From assembly GCA_029564465.1 (NCBI GenBank), contig JAKQPY010000225.1, positions 28,936-92,935 on the forward strand: 64,000 bases of DNA, written 5' to 3'. Made by a program: the position numbers and the translations under genes. How positions within the stretch are numbered: position 1 is the first letter of the stretch; the number at the start of each line of letters is the position of its first letter. Positions 10,706 through 19,964 of the stretch are shown one piece after another. The notes beneath the pieces are model-generated. The model was not told the DNA's origin and did not search any database. It worked only from the letters and a program-made list of their open reading frames with translations. The stretch comes from Bacteroidota bacterium (GTDB lineage: Bacteria; Bacteroidota; Bacteroidia; Bacteroidales; ML635J-15).

Positions 10706-11650
10706 ATGAAATGGATTATCCTCATTATTGCAAATATCATCTTCTTGTCTGGTACAATAAATCTCTGTGCTCAGTATCAACCATCCATCATCATTCATGG
10801 CGGGGCGGGAGATTTCGATAGTAAAAGCTTTGTGAAAGAAGACTACGATGCCTATTACAATACCCTGTATTCTGTGCTGAGCATGGGCGATTCCCTTCTG
10901 AAATCAGGAGCTTCGGCAATGGATGTTGCGGTGGCTTGTGTTGCAATGATGGAAGACTCTCCGCTTTTTAATGCAGGAAAAGGAGCGGTATATAATGCTC
11001 AGGGAAAACACGAACTCGATGCTTCGGTGATGGATGGAAGTAATCTGAAAGCCGGATCAGTAGCCGGTATTACCCGGGTAAAAAATCCGGTCAAAGCCGC
11101 CCGTATGGTGATGGACAATTCGCAACATGTAATGCTGGCCGGTAAGGGAGCCGATGAATTTGCCAAAAAGCAGGGGCTTATTATGGTAAAAAACAAGTAT
11201 TTCGATACCCCGAAAATGGAGCAACGATACCAGAAGCTGGTATCCGGAAAAAAAGGAACGGTGGGCGCAGTAGTGCTTGATGCCAATGGCAACCTTGCTG
11301 CAGCAACATCAACCGGCGGTATGATGATGAAGCAATTTGGCCGGATTGGCGATTCCATGGTAATTGGAGCCGGGACCTATGCCGACAACGCCACATGTGC
11401 CGTTTCCTGCACCGGACATGGTGAGTATTTCATCAGATTTCAGGCGGCTTATGATATCGCTGCCCAAATGAAATATGCCGGACTCACCTTGTTTGAATCA
11501 TGCCGAAATACGATTGAAAAAATCGGGATTGCAGGTGGCACAGGTGGTGTTATTGCAATCGACTGTAATGGAAATCAGGTATGCCGCTACAATACACGGG
11601 GTATGTTTCGGGGAAGCCTTTGGCAAGGCGAAATCACAGTGGAATTTTAA
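10706..11650 (+). CDS. iaaA: Isoaspartyl peptidase / L-asparaginase (plant-type, Ntn hydrolase)
   Basis: IIIHGGAG, an autoprocessing KGTVGAVVLD site, TSTGGMMMK and GDSMVIGAGTYAD. Confidence 0.9.
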   Translation: MKWIILIIANIIFLSGTINLCAQYQPSIIIHGGAGDFDSKSFVKEDYDAYYNTLYSVLSMGDSLLKSGASAMDVAVACVAMMEDSPLFNAGKGAVYNAQGKHELDASVMDGSNLKAGSVAGITRVKNPVKAARMVMDNSQHVMLAGKGADEFAKKQGLIMVKNKYFDTPKMEQRYQKLVSGKKGTVGAVVLDANGNLAAATSTGGMMMKQFGRIGDSMVIGAGTYADNATCAVSCTGHGEYFIRFQAAYDIAAQMKYAGLTLFESCRNTIEKIGIAGGTGGVIAIDCNGNQVCRYNTRGMFRGSLWQGEITVEF

Positions 11651-11659
11651 TATTGGATG

Positions 11660-12703
11660 CTATTTTAACTGCTTGGCAATTTTTAGCATTTGTTTTTCCG
11701 TCATCACCGGATAAGCATAAATAACCCAATAACAACTTTGCTCGGCGTCTTTCATTACCAGCAACGAGGTATTGGTGTCGTCGTAAGGTATCTCGGGGGT
11801 GTAAATCATCGGGCAACCGTATTTTTCTAATTTCGTTGAGTTGTCAAATTCAAGATCAACATCCGTTATAAAGTTGTCGATATGTTTTGCCATGATGTAA
11901 ATGCTTTTTTCGTTGTTGTCGCTCAGGCTCGCCGAATACATTCCCATCAAATCGAACACATCGGTTACTTCGAAACCCTTAACCGATAACTTGCGGACTT
12001 TTGCTTCAAAATCGTCATAAGGCCAGGTCATTTCGGTAAAATCAGCATACGAATAGTCTTCTTCTTCAATAACCGGTTCAACATATTCTTCGATGGTAAC
12101 TTCTTCGGGAACAACGAATGTCGCCGCAGGTACATCAATGTTTTCTTCATATAGGGTGGCAATCATTTCGGTTTTTAAACCTTCGAATTCAGTGATCATT
12201 TTAAGGGCAATACCATGATATAACCAGGTTGTTGTTCCCCAAACCGTGTAAACATGACAGTTTCTACCCAGAAACATTTCCATTCCCAGATATTCTCCGC
12301 CATACTCAACAATGCTTTTTTCGAGCTCCTCTTTTACAATTTTGTCATCGGTGAGGTCGAAATCAGAATATAAATCTTCGGAGAAATAGCTGTCGTAGCG
12401 TTGACCCGTTTTGGTTTCCATATCAACAATCCACATATACTCTCTGGTGTTTATACTTAACCGGTTGCTTACTTCTTCGGCCATTTCTCCTTCGCTTTCG
12501 AAACGCATAACCGAATTTTCACGCTCGTAATAGAGGGCTCCATAGTCGTCGAACCACACTGTTTTAGTTCCGGTAAGGTCTCCTTTGAGGGTATATTCTA
12601 TATGCCCTGATTTCATGGGATAAATTCCGGCACCTTGTTGCGCACTTGCCGATGCGAAAAAACCGGCCAGTAAAATGATTATTAATGAAATTTTCAGTTT
12701 CAT
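11660..12703 (-). CDS. Secreted acidic hypothetical protein
   Basis: Signal peptide MKLKISLIIILLAGFFASASAQ. No recognisable motif. Confidence 0.55.
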   Translation of the reverse strand: MKLKISLIIILLAGFFASASAQQGAGIYPMKSGHIEYTLKGDLTGTKTVWFDDYGALYYERENSVMRFESEGEMAEEVSNRLSINTREYMWIVDMETKTGQRYDSYFSEDLYSDFDLTDDKIVKEELEKSIVEYGGEYLGMEMFLGRNCHVYTVWGTTTWLYHGIALKMITEFEGLKTEMIATLYEENIDVPAATFVVPEEVTIEEYVEPVIEEEDYSYADFTEMTWPYDDFEAKVRKLSVKGFEVTDVFDLMGMYSASLSDNNEKSIYIMAKHIDNFITDVDLEFDNSTKLEKYGCPMIYTPEIPYDDTNTSLLVMKDAEQSCYWVIYAYPVMTEKQMLKIAKQLK

Positions 12704-12835
12704 AAGTTGTTGGTTTTAAAGTGCAAAATAGTCTTTTTTATAATATTGATTGTTTGTAACGCAAATAATCTGTACACATTGTTTTGTTGAACAGAAATAG
12801 GCCTGAAGATGTTTATGCTTAACGGGTAAAAATTG

Positions 12836-12843
12836 TACTTTTG
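12836..12843 (+). promoter_or_regulatory. Candidate Bacteroidota -7 box (TAnnTTTG) upstream of ribD
   Basis: TACTTTTG lies 17 nt upstream of the ATG at 12860. Confidence 0.3.
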
Positions 12844-12859
12844 TCGTGAAATGAACACT

Positions 12860-13906
12860 ATGGCAGAACATGAAAAATATATGCTTCGCTGTCTTCAGCT
12901 CGCGGGGCAGGGGCGGGGCCATGTTTCGCCCAACCCTTTGGTCGGCTGCGTTGTTGTTCACAATGGAGTAATCATAGGAGAGGGTTATCACCGGAAATAC
13001 GGAGGTCCGCATGCCGAGGTCAACGCTCTGATGTCGGTTGCAAATTCGGCGCTCCTCCCCGAGTCAACCCTATATGTTAATCTGGAGCCTTGTAGTCATT
13101 TTGGAAAAACACCACCCTGCGCCGACCTGATTATTTCGTATGCAGTGAAACGTGTTGTGGTGTCAGCATCTGACCTTAACCCGCTGGTGGCAGGCAGGGG
13201 CATTAAAAAATTGCAGGATGCGGGAATTGAGGTTATTCAGGGCATATTAAAGCAGGAAAGCCTTAATCTCAATGCCCGTTTCTATACATTTCACCAACAA
13301 AGGCGGCCCTATGTAATCCTGAAGTGGGCGCAGTCGGCCGATGGTTTTATCGATAAATTAAGGCAGCCCGACGACGGACAAAAACCTCAATGGATAACCA
13401 ACGACTATTGCCGGCGCTTAGTGCATAAATGGCGCACCGAAGAAGACGCTTTTCTGGTGGGAACCCATACGGCAATCCTTGATAATCCACAACTGACCGC
13501 ACGTCTCTGGTACGGACGTCAACCATTGCGGGTCGCCATCGATTACAATGCTTCACTTCCGGCTACGCTACACATTTTCGATAAAACAGCGCCAAGCTTG
13601 TTATTCTGTAATACAATGCGCAGCGATGCCGAGGTCGAAATCATTGACCTTGACAATCATGTGGCAGCCCAAATATGTGAACGATTGTATGCCCGTGGTA
13701 TTCAGTCGCTGGTTGTGGAGGGAGGAAGGCGTACCCTCGATTTGTTCATCGAAGCGGGTTTATGGGATGAGGCGCGGATTTTTACAGGACCTGCGAGCTT
13801 TGGTGCCGGTGTGCATGCCCCCGAATTACACCAAATACCCGTTTCGGAGTCGGTTTATGGCAATACACTGCTTTCAATGTACAAAAACGCTGTACCACAT
13901 GGATAA
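12860..13906 (+). CDS. ribD: Bifunctional riboflavin biosynthesis protein RibD (pyrimidine deaminase / uracil reductase)
   Basis: HAEVNAL and PCSHFGKTPPC form the CMP/dCMP-type zinc deaminase motifs, and a C-terminal reductase domain is present. The start is placed at MAEHEKYMLRCLQLA. Confidence 0.9.
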   Translation: MAEHEKYMLRCLQLAGQGRGHVSPNPLVGCVVVHNGVIIGEGYHRKYGGPHAEVNALMSVANSALLPESTLYVNLEPCSHFGKTPPCADLIISYAVKRVVVSASDLNPLVAGRGIKKLQDAGIEVIQGILKQESLNLNARFYTFHQQRRPYVILKWAQSADGFIDKLRQPDDGQKPQWITNDYCRRLVHKWRTEEDAFLVGTHTAILDNPQLTARLWYGRQPLRVAIDYNASLPATLHIFDKTAPSLLFCNTMRSDAEVEIIDLDNHVAAQICERLYARGIQSLVVEGGRRTLDLFIEAGLWDEARIFTGPASFGAGVHAPELHQIPVSESVYGNTLLSMYKNAVPHG

Positions 13907-14807
13907 AATCAGGTCGCACCGTCAGTTGAAACTATTGGTACAAACGCTTTTCATTGTTTTTACCTGTTTTTTGCTGGCACAGTTTTTTTCGGCAGGTATT
14001 TTGGCCGGTTTTGGGGTAAGCGATATTTCCGGTTTACAACCCGATAATTTGCGGGGTATCGCCATTTTCAAACTGGCTCATTTTGTTTCGTCGGTGATGA
14101 GTTTTATTGTTCCGGCTTTGTTGATTGCATGGCTTGTGTACCGCAATGCGGGTGAAAGGCTGTTGCTAAACCGGCGTGTCGATCTGGCATGGTTTGCCCT
14201 TGCCGCACTTATAATTTTTGTTGCCATGCCCTGGTTGAATGCCCTTATTCAGTGGAATGAGTCGATCCGTTTCCCCGAAAAATTTGCGAACCTGTACAAT
14301 TCATTCCGCAGTAGCGAAGACTTTGCCCTGCGTATGACTAAACTGATGCTCACCGGAAATTCGGGATGGACCCTGCTTTTAAATGTGTTCCTGATTGCTT
14401 TGATTCCGGCCCTGGGTGAAGAATTTTTGTTCAGGGGAATTATTCAGCGATACCTGCACGATGTTACGCGTAACGTTCATATCGCCATTTGGATATCTGC
14501 GGTATTGTTCTCGGCCATTCATTTCCAGTTTTTTGGATTTTTTGCACGGACATTGCTCGGTGCTTTCTTTGGCTATCTGGTTTATTATTCCGGTTCGCTG
14601 TGGGTGGCCGTGTGGGCTCATTTCTTCAACAATGCAATGGCTGTGCTGGCACAGTATTTTATTGCAGGAGGAGGTTTGCCCGAGCAGGCTGATAAATTTG
14701 GAAGTCAGGGCACCGACTGGGGTTGGGCTGTGGTTTCGCTTGGGGCTACCGTAGCGCTGTTTATTGTATTAATCAGGAAACACAAAAGCGAACTGCGCTC
14801 CCGATGA
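13899..14807 (+). CDS. CPBP-family intramembrane metalloprotease (CAAX protease-like)
   Basis: Multi-TM protein with EEFLFRG, FSAIHF and HFFNN motifs. The ATG at 13899 overlaps the ribD stop (ATGGATAA). The longer track ORF from 13548 overlaps ribD and is not credible. Confidence 0.85.
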   Translation: MDKIRSHRQLKLLVQTLFIVFTCFLLAQFFSAGILAGFGVSDISGLQPDNLRGIAIFKLAHFVSSVMSFIVPALLIAWLVYRNAGERLLLNRRVDLAWFALAALIIFVAMPWLNALIQWNESIRFPEKFANLYNSFRSSEDFALRMTKLMLTGNSGWTLLLNVFLIALIPALGEEFLFRGIIQRYLHDVTRNVHIAIWISAVLFSAIHFQFFGFFARTLLGAFFGYLVYYSGSLWVAVWAHFFNNAMAVLAQYFIAGGGLPEQADKFGSQGTDWGWAVVSLGATVALFIVLIRKHKSELRSR

Positions 14808-15611
14808 CTTCGGGGTAGCTGCTGGTTCTTTGACGGGCTCCGGCTGTATCTCTTTACTAACAAAGCGCATCGTATCTTCTTCCGAAACAGCATACTGAAC
14901 TCCAAAAACTCCCAACACAATGTTCCGGTCTGCTTCGGGAAGATCTCGGGCATTTTCGGCCACATCTGACCAAACTGTATCAATAAAAGCATCAATTTCT
15001 TTGCGAATCAGACCCAGATTTTCGATTTCCCCCGTTTTAACAAAGTTCATATTCATTTGTTTCTGATGGGCTTCCGAAAATTTTTCAACCCAAACCTTTA
15101 CAATTCCAATCGCCGGATTAGTAAAGTATTTTCCGCCTTCCGATATCCTGCGGTTATCGTTTTCGAACAAGCGGCGCGATTCTTCAAGTAAAATCTCAGG
15201 GCGGCTTATCTCAGGCAGTTTACCGGTTTGTTCGTTTAGTCCGTAATAGCTGCGAACCGTAGTAGGTAGTTCCTCTCTTTCAACAGCCATATTTATCGAT
15301 TGCAGATAATGCAGCACATAAATTCTGGCTTTTTCGAAAAGCTTATTGTACTCCTGCTCGTGCTCGGTGCGCAATTTAATGTTCAGGGCGTGATGTGCCA
15401 GTATTTTATCGGTAAGCTGAAGGTAGCCGGCAGCCTTATCCAGATTCTGAAGCGAAATATAATCGTCGGGTTGAACCGATTGCCGCGCTGCACTCAGGAT
15501 GCTTTTTAGGGCCTGATTGCGCAGATGATCGGTATTGGGCAACTGGTGACGCATAGTTATCAGATTCTCATCAAATACTCTTGTGCGAAGATATGAAATG
15601 ATGTTTCGCAA
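14769..15611 (-). CDS. Hypothetical protein
   Basis: A 280-codon ORF with no motif recognised. The start is uncertain (TTG at 15611 or ATG at 15554). Its 3' end overlaps the convergent CPBP gene by 39 nt. Confidence 0.45.
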   Translation of the reverse strand: MRNIISYLRTRVFDENLITMRHQLPNTDHLRNQALKSILSAARQSVQPDDYISLQNLDKAAGYLQLTDKILAHHALNIKLRTEHEQEYNKLFEKARIYVLHYLQSINMAVEREELPTTVRSYYGLNEQTGKLPEISRPEILLEESRRLFENDNRRISEGGKYFTNPAIGIVKVWVEKFSEAHQKQMNMNFVKTGEIENLGLIRKEIDAFIDTVWSDVAENARDLPEADRNIVLGVFGVQYAVSEEDTMRFVSKEIQPEPVKEPAATPKSSGAQFAFVFPD

Positions 15612-15733
15612 ATCATAATTTTACTATATTAAAATGTGAACATAATTTTGTTAATAGGTGTAAATTTAAAGGGGAGGCTGTCTTTACAAAAACTATGTAT
15701 TGTTTTTCAGGATACAGATGTATTCTGCCTCTA

Positions 15734-16966
15734 TTAATAATCAGAAATTGCAAACCTTCGGGTGATGTAGCGCACCGGATACCAGGCAGCCAGAAACCCG
15801 ATAAACAGCACGGTTCCAAAAACCAGTGCGAAATCTGACGGATTAATGAGTACCGGATAAGCACTGATAATAAAGCTTCCCTCACTGCCAAGTTTTACAA
15901 TTCCGAATTCCTGCTGAACCCAGCAGATCAGTCCACCGAGCAAGAGTCCGGTAATGGCACCCACAAGGCTGATGAGCATGCCTTCGGCAAAGAAAATGTT
16001 GCGTATCAACGAATCGTTGGCTCCCAAACTGCGCAATGTGTTTATGTCTTTTTTCTTGTCGATAATCAGCATGGTAAGCGATGCAATTACGTTGAAGGAT
16101 GCGATGATGAGGATAAAGAGCAGTATCAGGAAAATCACCCATTTTTCGGATTGCATTACCTGATACAAAAAGCGGTGCTGATCGTTTCGGTCAGCTATCG
16201 CAAATGTATTTCCCAGTTGCGAAGTCAGGCGTTCCTTTACGACCGCCGTTTGTTTTGGGTCTTTCAGTTTAATTTCGATGGCGCTGATGTCGTTGTCGTA
16301 TTCCAGCACCTCGCGGGCAAACGAAAGGGGAACAATGTAGTATTTGTTATCGTACTCCTGTTGCACTGCAAAGACTCCCGAAGTGTAGATGTTCCGGGTG
16401 TTAATCAGGTTTACCGCATCCTGAAAATTACCCCTGATTTCGGCTTTCCGACTGGGTATATGTACTTTTACGGGAACTAGAAAATCGAGGTCGAGATTGA
16501 GTTTATACGACACGCCCCTGCCTGCCACTGCGGTTGGGATATCGTTGTATTTTAAGTAATATTCCCCCGAAACAAGCATGCTGTCGAGACCGGTAACTTT
16601 CAGGTAGTTTTCGTCGACACCTTTCATGGTGGCAATCATCTGTTGCCCGTCGTATTCGAGCAGTGCGTTTTCTTCGAGCGAAAACGACCATGCAGCAATG
16701 GCATTGTCAGTGCGCAATACCGAAAGTAATTTGTCATCAGCCACGAATGTTTTCGATTGTACCGAAGTAATTTTCAAATCGGGGTCAAAACTGGTAAATA
16801 AGGTTTTTATCAATCCGTCGAAGCCATTGAAAACCGAGAGGATAACAATGAGAGCGGCTGTACCAACAGCCACTCCGGCTACCGAAATACCCGAAATAAT
16901 ATTGATGGCGTTGCGCGATTTTTTCGACAGCAAATAGCGGCGCGCTATGTATAGCGAAAGGTTCAC
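15734..16966 (-). CDS. FtsX-like ABC transporter permease (LolC/LolE-like lipoprotein-release family)
   Basis: N-terminal LYIARRYLLSKKSRNAINIISGISVAGVAVGTAALIVILSVFNGF, a large periplasmic loop and three C-terminal TM helices. The GTG start lies 2 nt after the rbfA stop. Confidence 0.85.
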   Translation of the reverse strand: MNLSLYIARRYLLSKKSRNAINIISGISVAGVAVGTAALIVILSVFNGFDGLIKTLFTSFDPDLKITSVQSKTFVADDKLLSVLRTDNAIAAWSFSLEENALLEYDGQQMIATMKGVDENYLKVTGLDSMLVSGEYYLKYNDIPTAVAGRGVSYKLNLDLDFLVPVKVHIPSRKAEIRGNFQDAVNLINTRNIYTSGVFAVQQEYDNKYYIVPLSFAREVLEYDNDISAIEIKLKDPKQTAVVKERLTSQLGNTFAIADRNDQHRFLYQVMQSEKWVIFLILLFILIIASFNVIASLTMLIIDKKKDINTLRSLGANDSLIRNIFFAEGMLISLVGAITGLLLGGLICWVQQEFGIVKLGSEGSFIISAYPVLINPSDFALVFGTVLFIGFLAAWYPVRYITRRFAISDY

Positions 16967-16968
16967 TG

Positions 16969-17307
16969 CTACGATTTCAAGGCTTTGTCGATGCGTTCAA
17001 TAAAATCCTGTGTGTCGTCGTTATAAAAAATCAGCTCGGGAATGTGGCGTACCTGATGCTTTACGGCGTCGCCCAGCAATTTTCTGATTTGGCTGTTTAT
17101 TTTGCGCAATTCAAGGATAATATTCGCTGCATTGGCCGAAGGGAATACCGAGATATATACTTTGGCAACCCCCAGATCGGGGCTCATCCGAACCAGCGTA
17201 ACGGTGAGCATGATGCCCGGCGTCCAGTTTTTCGACTCCCGCAGCAATATTCCCGCCAGCTCTTTTTGAATCAGCCTTGCCATCTGACTTTGTCGCTTGG
17301 TTTCCAT
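16969..17307 (-). CDS. rbfA: Ribosome-binding factor A
   Basis: A protein of ~113 aa with RQSQMARLIQKELAGIL...VTLVRMSPDLGVAKVYISV and HIPELIFYNDD. ATG at 17307. Confidence 0.85.
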   Translation of the reverse strand: METKRQSQMARLIQKELAGILLRESKNWTPGIMLTVTLVRMSPDLGVAKVYISVFPSANAANIILELRKINSQIRKLLGDAVKHQVRHIPELIFYNDDTQDFIERIDKALKS

Positions 17308-17357
17308 CTGAAAAATTTTGTTCAAAATTAATAAAAATATCCTGATGAAGCAGGATG

Positions 17358-19883
17358 TTACTTGCGGGGTTCTGAGGAATCGTTGACCGATTGCATATCA
17401 GCCAGTGCTATTCTCAGCTCATTAAAGTTGAATTTGCCATTGCTTTCCATCATGATTTGAGTCAAACTGCCCACATTTTTACCCTTGACGAATTCCTTAA
17501 TTTCGGCAATGCGTCCGGCATCGAGTAAGTCTTCGGCCTGTAATTCTCCGGTGATAACGTAGTAACTCAGATGTCCCCATATGGTAGATTCTGCAAACCC
17601 TCTTTCGGTAGCGATTTGCGGAATACTTTTGTTTTCGCGGAACAGCGCCAGACTTACCGATTTGGATTCCGGCTTTTTTTCTTTTTTCTTTTTTGCCGGG
17701 ATGTCGTCGGCAGGAGCATCGCGTTCAATGGCATTTTCGAGGCAATAATCATGTATCATTTCGAGAATGTCGCTGCCAAACTGCTGTAGTTTTACCTTGC
17801 CCAGTCCCTTTATTTTCGACAGCTCTCTTTGTGTTGCAGGTAGTTTATCGCAAATCAGTTTCATGGTATTGAATGGCATTACCATAAACGGCGACACCCG
17901 TAAATCGTCGGCAACCGAAGCGCGCCATGCGTTTAGCTGCGAATACAGTTTTTTGTGATTGATTGATTTTACTGAGCTTTCGACAGGCAATTTTTTTAGT
18001 CCAAGCGTTTGCACAAAGCCGGCCTCAGCATCGGATACCGCCCTGAGGTAAGTCTGTATATCAAGCCCACCGGTTACCGCCCTGAGTGCTGCGGTTTTTA
18101 GCACCATAGCCAGCTCGAAGCGTCCGGCTGATTCTATGATTTCTTTTTTCACTTCCTTGTTATCGGAGTCGAAACCTATGCTACTCATCGGAATGGCAAA
18201 CAGCAACGCCATCTTTTCGAGAAAATAGCTTGCGGCTTTCGAAATGCGTTCTTGCAATGCCGGATTATCGCAGGGCAGCAGGTCGGGATTTTGTTTAATG
18301 ATCGACCGCAACTGGATGTTAAATTTATCATTCACCTCATACATTTCCGAAACTGCATCTGCTTCGATACGCCCGAAAGCTGCTTCATCGGCATTGTGAA
18401 TTTTGGAAGCATTGAGCTGATAGTGTTTTTTCAGCGACCTGAACTGACGTTGTAAATCGCCGAAATCGAATATCGAAAAGACGACTTCCTGCTGAAATGC
18501 GGCTTTCGATTCGCGCAGGGAGTCTTCGCCGGGCTCGTTTTGCTGGGCTGTTTCGTTGAACTCGCGTATGTTGACATCGGTCTTTATAGCATGGCGTTGT
18601 ATCTTCGAAATAAGAACCAGTCCTTCGAGAGTTCGGCAACGGCTGAGGGCAACATATACCTGCCCTGAGGCAAAAGCCTGATTCACATCGAGAACGGCTT
18701 TTTCGAATGTAAGTCCCTGACTTTTGTGCACCGTAATAGCCCAGGCAAGTTTCAATGGAATTTGCTTGAAACTGCCTATAATTTCTTCCTCAATTTCGCG
18801 CGTTTCTTCGTTGAGGTGAAGCTTCACATTGCTCCATTCTTCGGGAGTCACTCTGATTTCTTCTTCGTCACCCGGGCATTCAACCACAACCGAGTCTTCG
18901 TCGAGACGGGTTAGGCGGCCAATTTTACCATTATAATACCTTTTTTCGGGTGAAGAATCATTTTTTACAAACATTACCTGTGCCCCGGGTTTAAGCTCCA
19001 GCACCTCGTCGGTGGGAAACATATAGGATTGAAAGTCGCCCGTTATATTAGCCTTGTACCTGCGTGAACGCGATTTCAGTGCGGCCATTTTTTTGTCGTT
19101 AATCAGCGCTGCGCCGGCATTGTGGGTTGTGAGGGTAATATAGCCTTCCGACTCATCGGGGTCGAAGTTTGCAATATACCTCGAATTTAACAAATCAAAA
19201 GAGGCCTGAGACATCGAATTGTTTCTGATTTCACCCAGCAGTTCAATGAATTTTTGGTCTTCCTGGCGATAGATTTGCTTCAGCTCGATGGTAGTAAACC
19301 CGGCTTTGCCCAGGGCGTGGCTGTTGAAAAAGTATGCGTTGGAATAATATTCCGACAGCAGCCTCCACTCATCTTCTTTTACGACGGGAGCCAACTGGTT
19401 TAAATCGCCAATCATCAGCAGTTGCAGTCCTCCGAATGGTCTCTGATTATAACGGTAACGCCTCAGCATGCTGTCGATGGCATCGAGCAGGTCGGCACGC
19501 ACCATACTGATTTCGTCAATTACCAGCAAATCGAGGCTGCGGATGAGTTTAATTTTATTACGGGTCATTTTATGCACAAAACCTTCCTGCGACTCACCGG
19601 TATTGTTTTTAGGGCGGGAGGCCGGTTGATGTTCTGGTATAAACGGCGTAAAAGGCAACTGAAAAAACGAATGAATGGTTACGCCTCCGGCATTTATAGC
19701 CGCCACCCCGGTGGGTGCCAGCACAGCCATCCGCTTCGGACAGCTTTCCCGGAGATTACGCAGGAATGTGGTTTTTCCGGTGCCGGCTTTTCCGGTCAGG
19801 AAAATATTTTGGTGGGTATATTGCACAAACTCGTTGGCCAACAATAGTTGGGGATTGGTTTCGTGTATGTTGGTTGTGCCCAC
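17358..19883 (-). CDS. PIF1/RecD-family helicase with an HRDC domain and a C-terminal helix-turn-helix
   Basis: Walker A LTGKAGTGKTTFL, DEISMV and AITVHKSQGLTF. An HRDC-like segment is present (LYSQLNAWRASVADDLRVSPFMVMPFNTMKLICDKLP...IKGLGKVKLQQFG), followed by a C-terminal HTH (IPQIATERGFAESTIWGHL). GTG start. Confidence 0.85.
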   Translation of the reverse strand: MGTTNIHETNPQLLLANEFVQYTHQNIFLTGKAGTGKTTFLRNLRESCPKRMAVLAPTGVAAINAGGVTIHSFFQLPFTPFIPEHQPASRPKNNTGESQEGFVHKMTRNKIKLIRSLDLLVIDEISMVRADLLDAIDSMLRRYRYNQRPFGGLQLLMIGDLNQLAPVVKEDEWRLLSEYYSNAYFFNSHALGKAGFTTIELKQIYRQEDQKFIELLGEIRNNSMSQASFDLLNSRYIANFDPDESEGYITLTTHNAGAALINDKKMAALKSRSRRYKANITGDFQSYMFPTDEVLELKPGAQVMFVKNDSSPEKRYYNGKIGRLTRLDEDSVVVECPGDEEEIRVTPEEWSNVKLHLNEETREIEEEIIGSFKQIPLKLAWAITVHKSQGLTFEKAVLDVNQAFASGQVYVALSRCRTLEGLVLISKIQRHAIKTDVNIREFNETAQQNEPGEDSLRESKAAFQQEVVFSIFDFGDLQRQFRSLKKHYQLNASKIHNADEAAFGRIEADAVSEMYEVNDKFNIQLRSIIKQNPDLLPCDNPALQERISKAASYFLEKMALLFAIPMSSIGFDSDNKEVKKEIIESAGRFELAMVLKTAALRAVTGGLDIQTYLRAVSDAEAGFVQTLGLKKLPVESSVKSINHKKLYSQLNAWRASVADDLRVSPFMVMPFNTMKLICDKLPATQRELSKIKGLGKVKLQQFGSDILEMIHDYCLENAIERDAPADDIPAKKKKEKKPESKSVSLALFRENKSIPQIATERGFAESTIWGHLSYYVITGELQAEDLLDAGRIAEIKEFVKGKNVGSLTQIMMESNGKFNFNELRIALADMQSVNDSSEPRK

Positions 19884-19964
19884 TTAAAGCAGCGTTTTAA
19901 TTAGTAAGGCTAAAAATACAATTAAATATTTACTATTAAAATGTCTCAGGTAGAAACAATGAAT

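Noticed and set aside
12704-12859. Possible FMN riboswitch upstream of ribD
   Set aside because: The leader is short and AT-rich and lacks the conserved GC-rich FMN-element helices. Only a promoter-like TAnnTTTG box is visible.
13548-13898. Long N-terminal extension of the 419-aa track ORF, overlapping the 3' third of ribD in another frame
   Set aside because: The extension has no membrane-protein or CPBP features. The CPBP homology and hydrophobic helices begin after the ATG at 13899, which overlaps the ribD stop. ribD coding evidence covers the overlapped region.
13899-13906. ribD / CPBP 8-nt overlap (ATGGATAA), considered as a functional link
   Set aside because: Such overlaps are common translational coupling in compact operons. 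I have no evidence of a functional relationship.
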